From contig CP166615.1 in assembly GCA_041937175.2 (NCBI GenBank), positions 4,352,001 through 4,416,000 on the forward strand: a DNA stretch of 64,000 bases, in the 5' to 3' direction. Shown here piece by piece: positions 10,084-19,205 of this stretch; the first letter of the stretch is position 1, and the number at the start of each line of letters is the position of its first letter. This DNA comes from Limnothrix sp. BL-A-16. GTDB lineage: Bacteria > Cyanobacteriota > Cyanobacteriia > CACIAM-69d. The notes below the pieces were generated by a model. The model worked only from the letters and a program-made list of their open reading frames with translations. It did not search any database and was not told the origin of the DNA. Position numbers and translations under genes: made by a program.

Positions 10084-10231
10084 GGAATCGCACGCCGGTT
10101 CTGGGTCTCTGGCTGGTGGGCGACTCCACCCACCCGGGCGAAGGCACAGCGGGCACGAGCTATTCCGCCCTCACCACCGTCCGCCAAATGACCGCCGCCG
10201 GGTTTTGATGCAGAGTTTAGCTAGAGCGATC
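10084..10231 (+). repeat. 148-bp direct repeat, copy 2 (duplicated crtD 3' end, gene fragment)
   Basis: Near-identical to 8661-8808, including the crtD stop codon. Confidence 0.95.
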
Positions 10232-10280
10232 ATCATGAACACTAAACCAAGGGCGCTCGCGAGGCGAAGCAACACTACCT

Positions 10281-10328
10281 TTTAAGTGGAAAAGATTTAT
10301 GCAATTTAAGTGGAAAAGATTTATGCAA
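10281..10328. repeat. Perfect 24-bp tandem duplication TTTAAGTGGAAAAGATTTATGCAA x2
   Basis: Read directly from the sequence. Confidence 0.95.
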
Positions 10329-10451
10329 TTCTCGTTGGGGAAGCTGGCACACCTGCGGCATCCAAAGATCAGCCTGAAACGATCCTGAGACGATGACGAT
10401 CGCCCTGTGGATCGATCGCGCCTTTTTAACCCTGAACCGTTACCCAGCGCC

Positions 10452-10922
10452 ATGATTGAGGAATCACAACCCAACACTCCGTTTTGGCAAGGAATTGAGG
10501 AATTTAATCGTGGAGAGTTTTATGCTTGCCATGACACGATCGAGGCGTTGTGGGTGGTGGCAAATGAGCCGGAGCGCACGTTTTATCAAGGAGTTTTGCA
10601 AGTGGCGGTGGCGCTCCATCACCTCAGCAATTTGAATTGGCGTGGAGCGGCTATTTTGTTGGGTGAAGGGTTAAGCCGCTTGAATAAATATGACGATCAC
10701 TACAGTGGAATTGATGTAAACCAGTTCATTGCCCAGGTGGCGGATGTTTTGCACTTCGTGCAAGTGATGGGGCCCGATCGGGTAGAAACTGCCGCGATCG
10801 CCTTGGGATTACGAACTGGGTCGCTTCCTGTGGAGTTGGGAAGTTTGGAATCATTTCCTCAGCAATCTTTGCCGCGTATCCTGCCGGCCGCCCAAGCCTG
10901 CTCGGGAGAAGAAACCCCGTAA
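10452..10922 (+). CDS. DUF309 family protein
   Basis: FNRGEFYACHDTIEALW...FYQGVLQVAVALHH motif. Confidence 0.88.
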   Translation: MIEESQPNTPFWQGIEEFNRGEFYACHDTIEALWVVANEPERTFYQGVLQVAVALHHLSNLNWRGAAILLGEGLSRLNKYDDHYSGIDVNQFIAQVADVLHFVQVMGPDRVETAAIALGLRTGSLPVELGSLESFPQQSLPRILPAAQACSGEETP

Positions 10923-11156
10923 GAAAAGGGCCGGGGCAGCAAGATTCTGTCCACAATTCTCTAAATTTGTCCGATTGATCGGTAAGATTCAAAAACATCC
11001 CCATTGAATTTCAATCGGGCGAAATAGCAATTCAGTAGGACTTGAATAGCCCTTAAATGATCGTCGGCTGGCAGTGAGGCCATTGGCACCCGCCTTCTGA
11101 CTGATCGGATCGTTCGGCGCGATCATGCTGCGTGATCGTTTTCAGGAAGCGCGTTT

Positions 11157-13871
11157 GTGGCAAACGATTGGTATCGCCGCTATAACCCCTTTGGCGAGCA
11201 ATGGCATCCCCTGCGGTGGGTACGGCCATTCATGCGTCCCAAGACCTTGGCCCTGCTGGAGTCTTGCACGATCGGGCTAATTGCTGGACTGGCTGCTGTG
11301 TTGATGAAGTGGGGGGCGGCTTGGGTGGGAACCCAGCGGATCGCGATCGCCACCCGTAGCCCTGTGCCGGCCCTGGCGTTGGCGGCGGTGGGGGTGGTGG
11401 GCTGTTGGCTGGCTGGCTGGTTGGTGCAGCGCTTTTCGCCGGATGCTGGGGGCAGCGGCATTCCGCAGGTCAAGGCCAAGCTGGCCTTTGGGCCGATCCT
11501 GCTGGATTGGCGGGCTGTCTGGGTCAAGTTATTGGCCACCACGCTCACCTTGGGGTCTGGGTTAACCCTGGGTCGCCAGGGGCCCACGGTGCATGTGGGC
11601 GCTTCCATCGCGGCCCAACTCAGTCGCTGGATTCCCACTTCACCGGCCTATCGCCGCCAAACGATTGCCGCCGGGGCTGCCGCTGGTTTGGCGGCTGGGT
11701 TTAATGCCCCGATCGCGGGTGTGCTGTTTGCGGTGGAAGAGCTGCTGCATGATGTGTCGGGTTTGACCCTGGGACCGGCTCTGTTGGCGGCCTTTGTGGG
11801 CGCGGTGGTGGCGCAGTCCTTGGGCGGTGATATTTTGCCCGTGAGCTTGAACCTATCGCGGGTGGCCACGGAATTTACGGCACGGGATATTCCGGCCTAC
11901 CTGTTGTTGGGTTTGCTGGCTGGTTGGTTGGGAGCCAATTTCAATCGGGGGGTGATTGCCAGTTTGGGTCTCTATCGCCGGTTGCAGTGGGGGTTGCCGG
12001 AGCGGATGGCCCTGGCCGGTGGGATTACGGGATTGGGTATGGCCATGCTACCGCCAGCGTTTTGGAACTATAGCTGGCTGCGGGAAGATTTGGTGTTGGG
12101 GGGAACGGCTTGGCAAGGGGCCGCGATCGCCTTTGGGGCCCATTTCCTGTTGACCTTGGTGGCCTTTGGTTCCGGTGCGCCGGGGGGCTTGTTTGGCCCT
12201 TCGCTGATTTTGGGGGCCGCCTTGGGCAGTGTGGTGGGGGCCTTGGTGGGGGCCCCCTCGATCGCCACCTACGCTCTGGCCGGAATGGGAGCCTTTTTTG
12301 CGGCGGTGTCACGGGTGCCAATCACCGCGATCGCGATTGTGTTTGAAATGGCGGCGGATTTTAACTTGGTGTTGCCGCTCACCATTGGCTCCACGGTGGC
12401 CTATTTGGTGGCCGATCGCCTGGATTCTGGCTCTTTATACGATCGACTGTTGGCCCTCAAGGGATTGGAATCGGAACCGATTCCCGATGTGGATTTGCTA
12501 GCGGATTTAACGGCCAAGGATGTGATGAATCATCCGGTGGAAACCCTGCGGGCCAGCCAAACCCTGGAAACGGCCCGCCAACGGTTTGCCGATTCCCACC
12601 ATCGCGGCTTTCCGGTGGTGGACGATCGGGGAAATTTGGTGGGCATTTTGACCCAATCGGACATCACGGACTTGGATGCCCAGGATTTGGCCGCTACCGA
12701 TCGGGTGACGGCGGCCATGACTCCCCAGCCGATCGCGGTGCAAATTGACGATCGACTGTCGGACATTCGCTTTTTGCTCAGTCGCTACAAACTGGGACGA
12801 CTACCCGTTTTGGAAGGACAACGGCTGGTGGGCATTGTCACACGCAGCGATCTGTTGCGGGTTGAATCTAAGCGGCTGGGGGGAGAAATTAATCCCCAGC
12901 AGCCGCGCCGGCCCGCCTATGCCATCTATAAAACTCGGGGACCCAACACAGGGCGATCGCGAATTTTGGTGCCGATCGCCAATCCAGCGGCGGCCTTGGG
13001 GCTGTTGCGGCTGGCGCTGGCCATCGCGCGCGATCGACAGGCCGAGGTGGAATGCTTGCATGTGATGTTGGTTCCTGTGGGGCAGTCTCCGGCGGAAACC
13101 TCGATCGATCCGGCGCTGGTGGCCCCCATGCGCAAATTGTTTGAACGGGCAACCCGTGCCGGTCGCCAATGGCGCATCCCCATCCATAGCCAAATTTGCT
13201 TGGCCCGGGATCCGGCCGAGGCCATTTTGGAAGTGATTCAACGGCGGCGAATCGACTTGGTGATTATGGGCTGGCAAGGGGCGATCGCCCGGCCGGGATT
13301 GCCGGTTTTTGGCGACTCGATCGCGCGGCTGTTGAACGATGCCCCCTGCGAAATCATGTTGGTGAAATGGGGAGAAGACCTGTTCAAACGGCCGCGAATC
13401 CGTCAGCAGGAGGCGGTGCAAGCCATGCTCAGTCTTGATCGCTGGTTAGTGCCGATTAGTGGTGGGCCCAATGTGGAGCGGGCCCTAAACCTGTTGCCGC
13501 CGCTGTTGGGCCTGACCCGATCGGCCGCCGTCACCCTCTGCCAAGTCGTGCCCAAGGTGGCCACCAGCGAGGAACCGGACTTCAGCGAATCGGCGGCGCA
13601 ACCCTGGACAACCGATCTGTTGGATCAGGCCACCGCTCGCCTCATAAAAACCAGCCCCACTTCAGTCACGGCGCTGGCTCTCTGTGCAGATCAGGTGGCT
13701 GAGACCATTTTGCACTTGGCCGAAAGTCTAGATAGCCAAGTAATTGTGTTAGGAGCTAGCCGAGAAAGCCTACTCAAACAGGTAATTCATGGCAATTTGC
13801 CGGCCACGATCGCCCAGCAATTTCAAGGCACAATCCTAGTGGTTCGCGGCCCATTGGCTGGTAATGATTAA
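11157..13871 (+). CDS. ClC chloride channel/transporter with CBS pair and USP-like domains
   Basis: GSGIP, GRQGP, FNAPIAG...EEL and GLFGP ClC motifs; CBS motifs (GFPVVD, RLPVL); USP-like ILVPIAN and LVPISGG regions. Confidence 0.9.
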   Translation: MANDWYRRYNPFGEQWHPLRWVRPFMRPKTLALLESCTIGLIAGLAAVLMKWGAAWVGTQRIAIATRSPVPALALAAVGVVGCWLAGWLVQRFSPDAGGSGIPQVKAKLAFGPILLDWRAVWVKLLATTLTLGSGLTLGRQGPTVHVGASIAAQLSRWIPTSPAYRRQTIAAGAAAGLAAGFNAPIAGVLFAVEELLHDVSGLTLGPALLAAFVGAVVAQSLGGDILPVSLNLSRVATEFTARDIPAYLLLGLLAGWLGANFNRGVIASLGLYRRLQWGLPERMALAGGITGLGMAMLPPAFWNYSWLREDLVLGGTAWQGAAIAFGAHFLLTLVAFGSGAPGGLFGPSLILGAALGSVVGALVGAPSIATYALAGMGAFFAAVSRVPITAIAIVFEMAADFNLVLPLTIGSTVAYLVADRLDSGSLYDRLLALKGLESEPIPDVDLLADLTAKDVMNHPVETLRASQTLETARQRFADSHHRGFPVVDDRGNLVGILTQSDITDLDAQDLAATDRVTAAMTPQPIAVQIDDRLSDIRFLLSRYKLGRLPVLEGQRLVGIVTRSDLLRVESKRLGGEINPQQPRRPAYAIYKTRGPNTGRSRILVPIANPAAALGLLRLALAIARDRQAEVECLHVMLVPVGQSPAETSIDPALVAPMRKLFERATRAGRQWRIPIHSQICLARDPAEAILEVIQRRRIDLVIMGWQGAIARPGLPVFGDSIARLLNDAPCEIMLVKWGEDLFKRPRIRQQEAVQAMLSLDRWLVPISGGPNVERALNLLPPLLGLTRSAAVTLCQVVPKVATSEEPDFSESAAQPWTTDLLDQATARLIKTSPTSVTALALCADQVAETILHLAESLDSQVIVLGASRESLLKQVIHGNLPATIAQQFQGTILVVRGPLAGND

Positions 13872-13886
13872 GGACTCGATCTGGAA

Positions 13887-14336
13887 CTAGTTAAAATCTG
13901 CACTGCTTTGCCGCTTACTTTCATCAATGGGCCAATCTTCATCTTCACCACCGACGCTAATTCGACGAATTGATAGAAATTCTCGACTTAGTTGAGCAAA
14001 GGCATTAATCAACACATCCAGGGCGATCGCATCACTGGTTCCTAAATCAAACCAACAACGGGCGCGGGTTCCTTCAAACTCTACTTCGCCCATGTTGTGC
14101 ATCAGAGCCATCATCGATTGATCCAGCACTTCGCTGTCATATTCCATATAGCTCAAGTCCAAGCCCACTTCTTGAACCTGTGCATTTTCGGCATTAAATC
14201 CGCCCAATTTCCCCAGAAAAAACCAAGAATCAAAAACCTCTTCAATATATTGCTGCTCCATGCGCCCCGGAACGGTTTCCAGTTCCAGCCAAATCCAAAC
14301 ATTAAAGGGGTCAAACTCGCGAAACTGGATGTCCAT
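13887..14336 (-). CDS. DUF3531 family conserved cyanobacterial protein
   Basis: FREFDPFNVWIWLE...SWFFLGKLGGFNAEN...CWFDLGTSD. Confidence 0.75.
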   Translation of the reverse strand: MDIQFREFDPFNVWIWLELETVPGRMEQQYIEEVFDSWFFLGKLGGFNAENAQVQEVGLDLSYMEYDSEVLDQSMMALMHNMGEVEFEGTRARCWFDLGTSDAIALDVLINAFAQLSREFLSIRRISVGGEDEDWPIDESKRQSSADFN

Positions 14337-14390
14337 GAAAAAGAGATGGGAAAGGAATGAATCACAAATTACTGAATCAGGGAAGGCGAC

Positions 14391-15395
14391 CTAAAGCAAC
14401 GCGCCGCCACAACTGGAACCAGCCCCGGCCGTGCATCCGTAGCAGTGGCGATCGGTCTGAACCGTTTGGATTAAATCCAGAGAACCGGCTGCCAACAGAT
14501 CCGCCAGGGTCAGCATTTTACCATCGGGTGATCGGGCTGGGATCTCTTCCATTTGGTTAAAATCGCAGTCGTAGAGATAGCCTCGATAGTCCACCGATAG
14601 CTCATCGCGACACATCAACCCTTCCACGGTGTCGGCATTGAAATTTTGAGCTAAAAACTGACAATAATCGGCTTCCAGTTGGCGAGCTTGCAGGGCTAAT
14701 TTAGTCCGCCCGATCGGGAGATTGGTAATGGTCAGCAAATGATTGAAATCAATGTTGTGATCAGCTTTTAGGCGCTGACGATAGGCCACTTCCAGGCCCG
14801 CTTGGGCCGGCGGCAGTGAAAAATTAGCTCCCGTGGGAACCGGTGGATTATAAACCAAATCGATTTGCAGTTTTGGATCTCGCCCGTAGCCCCGCTGATT
14901 TAAGAGCTTGAGAGCGGCAATGGAGCGATCGAACACACCGCGTCCCCGTTGCCGATCGACATTTTCTGACAAATAACAAGGCAACGAAGCCACAACCCGC
15001 ACATGATAGTTTTGGAAAAAGTCCGGCAAATCTTCAAATCCATCCTCAAAAAAGATGGTTAAATTTGAACGAACAATCACTTCCTTTTTGGCAGCGGCTG
15101 CCGCTTGCACCAAAATCCGAAAGCCGTCGTGCATTTCTGGTGCGCCGCCCGTTAAATCCACCGTTTGAATCTGTGGAAATTGCCGAATGACAGCAATTAA
15201 CTGTTCGCAGACCTCTGGGCTAATGGCTTCAGTGCGTTTTGGCCCCGCTTCCACATGGCAATGGGTGCAAGCCAGGTTGCAACGTTTGCCAAGGTTGATT
15301 TGCAACACACGAATGGTGCGCTTGGTTAAGCCAGTGCCAAGGGCTTCGGAAAAAGAGCGCGGAGAATCAACGGTGGCAATCACAGGACTATGCAT
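14391..15395 (-). CDS. arsS: Arsenosugar biosynthesis radical SAM protein (DUF3641 C-terminus)
   Basis: LQINLGKRCNLACTHCHV (CxxxCxxC), DLTGGAPE, LYDCDFNQ, HCYGCTAGAGSSCGG; start placed at ATG 15395. Confidence 0.82.
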   Translation of the reverse strand: MHSPVIATVDSPRSFSEALGTGLTKRTIRVLQINLGKRCNLACTHCHVEAGPKRTEAISPEVCEQLIAVIRQFPQIQTVDLTGGAPEMHDGFRILVQAAAAAKKEVIVRSNLTIFFEDGFEDLPDFFQNYHVRVVASLPCYLSENVDRQRGRGVFDRSIAALKLLNQRGYGRDPKLQIDLVYNPPVPTGANFSLPPAQAGLEVAYRQRLKADHNIDFNHLLTITNLPIGRTKLALQARQLEADYCQFLAQNFNADTVEGLMCRDELSVDYRGYLYDCDFNQMEEIPARSPDGKMLTLADLLAAGSLDLIQTVQTDRHCYGCTAGAGSSCGGALL

Positions 15396-15421
15396 GAAAT
15401 TTCTAGAACTTCCTAACGATC

Positions 15422-15478
15422 CAACTTGAAACTTGGGACTTGAAACTTGGACTTTGAATCTTGAAACCTGAAACTTGT
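15422..15478. repeat. Heptamer short tandem repeat (AACTTGA-like, ~8 units; STRR type)
   Basis: aacttga aacttgg gacttga aacttgg actttga atcttga aacctga aacttgt between coaE and arsS. Confidence 0.8.
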
Positions 15479-16065
15479 TAACAACTTTCCCAGACGTGAT
15501 CCACTTGCTGAAATAGCTCTGGTAAAGTTCCCTTGTTGTGCAAAACCACGTCGGCCCGTGCCACTTTTTGCGCCAATGGCCATTGGCTGTTGATGCGAGC
15601 TTGGGCCTGCTCAACTGTCAAATGATTGCGGGCCATTAGCCGGTGCAATTGCTGGGTGGGTTCACAGCTAACCACCCAAATTTCCGTGACTAAATCGGTC
15701 ATTTGGGCTTCAAACAGCAGAGGAATAGCTAAGACAATGCTGTTCGATCGCCCTTGATGGGCCGCAATTCCAGCCAGCAGTTGGGCCCGTACGATCGGGT
15801 GAATTTGCGCTTCCAGCCATTGGCGCTCGGCCGGTTGCTGAAACACAATTTCGCCTAAACGGGGTCGATCGAGCGAACCATCAGTCCCAATCACATCAGC
15901 ACCGAAGCGCTGGGCGATCGCCGGCAAAAGGGGTGACCCCGGTTCCACAGCCAATCGCGCCAACTGATCCGCATCCAGCACCGGTAATCCATAGCTTGCT
16001 GCCAAATAGTCTGACACCGTGGTTTTGCCCGTGGCAATGCCGCCCGTAAGTCCAATGATTCGCAC
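15478..16065 (-). CDS. coaE: Dephospho-CoA kinase
   Basis: IGLTGGIATGKT, DAD, IHP, IPLLFE, RINSQ. Confidence 0.95.
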   Translation of the reverse strand: MRIIGLTGGIATGKTTVSDYLAASYGLPVLDADQLARLAVEPGSPLLPAIAQRFGADVIGTDGSLDRPRLGEIVFQQPAERQWLEAQIHPIVRAQLLAGIAAHQGRSNSIVLAIPLLFEAQMTDLVTEIWVVSCEPTQQLHRLMARNHLTVEQAQARINSQWPLAQKVARADVVLHNKGTLPELFQQVDHVWESC

Positions 16066-16189
16066 CTGGGCCCCCTGATTGATTCCGGGACTGAACTCCT
16101 ACAATAATCGTAGGCATGGCATCCCGGTTCTTTGGGGACTGTCGGCTTTGTCCCCTGTCTTCATTCCTTGCCCTATTTTTTGCACCCCC

Positions 16190-16723
16190 ATGTTGAAGGT
16201 TCACCGCGCGATCGGCATTGTTCTTGTGGGCGCTTGGTTGAGTAGCCTGGCCCTGCCGGTGCGGGCCTTCTCGGAAAATGACCTGCTGCGATTGCGGCGC
16301 ACCAATGAGTGCAGCGGTTGCGACCTCAGTGAAGCCGACCTGTCGGGCAACAGCTTCATTGGGGCGCGGTTGGTGGGGGTGAATCTCTCGAAAGCGAAGT
16401 TGGCAAATACGGATTGGTCGGGGGCTGACTTCACTGGCGCAAATTTGGAAGGGGTTGACCTGTCGGGGGCCCGGTTATTTGAGGCCAAGTTTCAGGCGAC
16501 GAATCTGATTGGTGCAACCCTTTCCGGGGCTGATTTGACCAATGCCAATCTATTCCAGGCGTTTTTGCGTGGGGCCAAGCTCGATCGCGCCGTGTTGTTT
16601 TATGCCAACCTCAGCAACGCTGACCTGACCAATGCGGACTTAACCGGCGCAGATTTGACCCTGGCGGAACTGAACGGGGCCAAGTTGAGCGGGGCCCAAC
16701 TGCCACCGGGTTTTCGACTTTAG
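16190..16723 (+). CDS. Pentapeptide repeat protein with signal peptide
   Basis: Hydrophobic leader ending in VRA, CSGCDL, then repeated A(D/N)L-x-x units. Confidence 0.9.
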   Translation: MLKVHRAIGIVLVGAWLSSLALPVRAFSENDLLRLRRTNECSGCDLSEADLSGNSFIGARLVGVNLSKAKLANTDWSGADFTGANLEGVDLSGARLFEAKFQATNLIGATLSGADLTNANLFQAFLRGAKLDRAVLFYANLSNADLTNADLTGADLTLAELNGAKLSGAQLPPGFRL

Positions 16724-16807
16724 GCCTGGGGGCAGCCAAGGCCCCAAGGCTGCCTTGGAACCTTGGCACAAGCTGACCAGCTTTGGCTCCAGTTAGCTCC
16801 AGTTGGC

Positions 16808-17149
16808 TTAACTCAGCAGTGCCTCAAATTCCTGGCGCAACCCATCCGCATTGCCCAACCGCGACACCATTAAGCTGCCTTGGCCTGCATCCGCCAGGCG
16901 ATGTTTCCAAAAGGCGATCGCCTCAGCATTTTGCATCCAAAAATCCACCACCGTGGTGGAAATATCGTTCCAAGACCAGTCATGCCGCCAAATCACCGGT
17001 TCGATCGATTCCAAGGTGGCATCCAGCGTGCATTGAAAACTGCCGATATATTCCACAGGGGGAGCGGGCGATCGCTCAATTAACTGTTGTTGCTCATGAA
17101 AAAAGTGCAGCATTGGAGACACACCCACAATTTCAAATGTGTAATCCAT
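16808..17149 (-). CDS. Conserved cyanobacterial hypothetical protein
   Basis: ATG ORF with YTFEIVGVSP...Y.G...CTLDA...W...FW pattern; function unknown. Confidence 0.7.
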   Translation of the reverse strand: MDYTFEIVGVSPMLHFFHEQQQLIERSPAPPVEYIGSFQCTLDATLESIEPVIWRHDWSWNDISTTVVDFWMQNAEAIAFWKHRLADAGQGSLMVSRLGNADGLRQEFEALLS

Positions 17150-17464
17150 GGCAAACTCCCACAAATTTCAAAGGGCACTTCTGAACAATGGATCCGCAAT
17201 CTTCTCCGAGAGCATGTCTCAAAGACTGAGAGTGTGATTGCAGGTAATGAACGTCATGAAATTGAATGAAAAGGAATTTGTTCTGATTCGTTCTGAGTTA
17301 TGAATGGGGTTGTGAATTGACTCTTGACTTTATGTATTAGCGCAACTCTTTTGTTCCTGGCAATGATTTTTGAGATTTTTGGGTAAATGCAACAACCTTG
17401 TAAAAATCTCAAGTTATAAAAGACTCAATTGATACAAAAACATCGTTTCACTGACTGCAATCTA

Positions 17465-17491
17465 TTAGCACTCTCGGCTTTTTAGTGCTAA
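17465..17491. promoter_or_regulatory. CIRCE-like element (HrcA operator)
   Basis: TTAGCACTC-TCGGCTTTT-TAGTGCTAA versus consensus TTAGCACTC-N9-GAGTGCTAA: 17/18 match with exact N9 spacing. Confidence 0.7.
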
Positions 17492-17550
17492 TTTCTGACG
17501 GCTGATGGGATGTTTGTTCGCTTGCCAGCTTGTCGAAAACTGGGAGCCAT

Positions 17551-17579
17551 AAAAAGCCAGGGATCGATCGACCCCTGGC
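17551..17579 (-). terminator. Intrinsic terminator of the HtrA gene
   Basis: GCCAGGG/CCCTGGC stem followed by a U-tract on the minus strand. Confidence 0.65.
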
Positions 17580-17645
17580 AATTTGTTTCTTGAATTGGAT
17601 AATCAATTGGCGCAGAAGATGGATGGCAACAATTGGGTTTGCATC

Positions 17646-18914
17646 CTAGCGATCGTCCGCAAAATCCTGCATTTGTCCAGTGCGTACCGAGAGCTGTTGA
17701 TTGCCACCCCGATCGCCCCGTCGCACGGTCATGGCCAGGGCTTGACCCACGCGGCTGCGTTCCACCAGTCCTTGCAATTGTTCCGCGCTGGTGACCACCG
17801 CGCCATCAATTTGCACAATCACATCACCCCGCCGCAGGCCACCCCGGGCCGCAGGCGAATCGGGAATCACATTCACCACCAACACTCCCGACACTTCCGG
17901 CAGCATGATGGCGGCGTTGGGGTCGCTGTTGTTTTTGCGGGCCAAGTCGGGAGTCAAGGTGCGCATCTGAATGCCCAGGAACGGATGGGGCACGGCCTGA
18001 CCCTTCGACAGCAGGGGCAAAATGCTCTTCACCTTGTTGATGGGAATGGCGAACCCAATCCCCATCGCATCGGCGCGGATGGCGGTGTTGATGCCAATTA
18101 CCTCGCCCCGATCGTTCAGCAGCGGGCCGCCGGAGTTTCCGGGGTTGATGGCCGCGTCGGTTTGGATGAAGTCTAGGCGCTTGTCGGGAATGCCCACCTG
18201 CACGCTCGATCGCTTCAGAGTGCTGACAATGCCCAGGGTGACCGTGTTGTCCAGCCCCAAGGGGTTCCCCACCGCGATCGCCCAGTCGCCCACTTGCACC
18301 AAATCTGAATCGCCCAGGGGAGCCACCGGCAACCGTTCATTGCCGGGGCTGATTTTCACCACTGCCAAATCGGTGACCTCATCGGCCCCCAGCACGCGCC
18401 CATCAAACTCCCGCCCATCCTTGAGGGTCACGGTTACCCGATCGGCCCGATTCACCACATGGGCATTGGTCAACAACAGACCGTCACTTTCAATGATGAA
18501 GCCGGAGCCTTGCCCCGCAATCCGTTGGCGCTGTTCCCGGGGCATTTGTCGAAAAAACTCATCCCCAAAGAAACGCTCAAACAACGGATCGTTAAAAAAC
18601 GGGTCAACCCGCCGGGTCACGGTGCGTTCTGTGTCGATGCGCACCACGGCCGCGCCCACCCGGTTCACGGCCGCCGTCACAAAACTGTTGCTACGGGGAG
18701 CTGCCACCTCCGCCGGGCGCTGGGCCGTGGCGTTGTCCTCCACCAGGGCAACGGCGGGGGCAATTGGGCCCATCAGGGCGATCGCCCAGAGCAGCACCGC
18801 CAGCCCGATCGCCCCGATCGCCCGTTGCCATGACGCAGGCGGCATCGTTGGTTTCAGGCGTTTCAGTGGGTTTTGTTGATGATTGGCCCCAAGTCCCATA
18901 ACGCTAAATTCCAT
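17646..18914 (-). CDS. HtrA/DegQ family serine protease (HhoA-like) with PDZ domain
   Basis: TNAHVV, DLAVVK and GNSGGPL catalytic triad motifs; C-terminal PDZ. Start uncertain. Confidence 0.93.
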   Translation of the reverse strand: MEFSVMGLGANHQQNPLKRLKPTMPPASWQRAIGAIGLAVLLWAIALMGPIAPAVALVEDNATAQRPAEVAAPRSNSFVTAAVNRVGAAVVRIDTERTVTRRVDPFFNDPLFERFFGDEFFRQMPREQRQRIAGQGSGFIIESDGLLLTNAHVVNRADRVTVTLKDGREFDGRVLGADEVTDLAVVKISPGNERLPVAPLGDSDLVQVGDWAIAVGNPLGLDNTVTLGIVSTLKRSSVQVGIPDKRLDFIQTDAAINPGNSGGPLLNDRGEVIGINTAIRADAMGIGFAIPINKVKSILPLLSKGQAVPHPFLGIQMRTLTPDLARKNNSDPNAAIMLPEVSGVLVVNVIPDSPAARGGLRRGDVIVQIDGAVVTSAEQLQGLVERSRVGQALAMTVRRGDRGGNQQLSVRTGQMQDFADDR

Positions 18915-18926
18915 TGCGGTTGTTTG

Positions 18927-19080
18927 GTTCCAAATGTTCCAAATGTTCCAGAGCTTCCAGGCGTTCCAAATTTTCCGGACACTTCAGGCATTCCAGGTTT
19001 CTTGGCCTCCGGGTTTCTAGGGGTTTTGAGCACAAGCCCCTTGCGAACTGAATGCCAGCCCATACTGAATGCCAGCCCAT
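18927..19080. repeat. 9-bp periodic repeats (TTCCAAATG-like, ~8 units) and a 17-bp tandem duplication (ACTGAATGCCAGCCCAT x2)
   Basis: Read directly in the intergenic region upstream of the HtrA gene. Confidence 0.75.
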
Positions 19081-19205
19081 ATAGACATCAAGACATCAGG
19101 GGAGCCAGAAAGCGAAATCCGAAACAGACTCGCGCCCGCTTCGGATTCAAAATGGCTGGCAAGGGCGGGGCGCTTGGTTCCCCAGAACCATACCGGAGCC
19201 GAACG

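Noticed and set aside
15396..15614. N-terminal extension of the arsS ORF
   Set aside because: Overlaps coaE and runs through heptamer repeats; the likely start is 15395
18022..18879. 285-aa plus-strand ORF, and similar ones such as 26636-27790 and 32984-33661
   Set aside because: Antisense shadows of well-supported GC-rich genes, with no recognisable motifs
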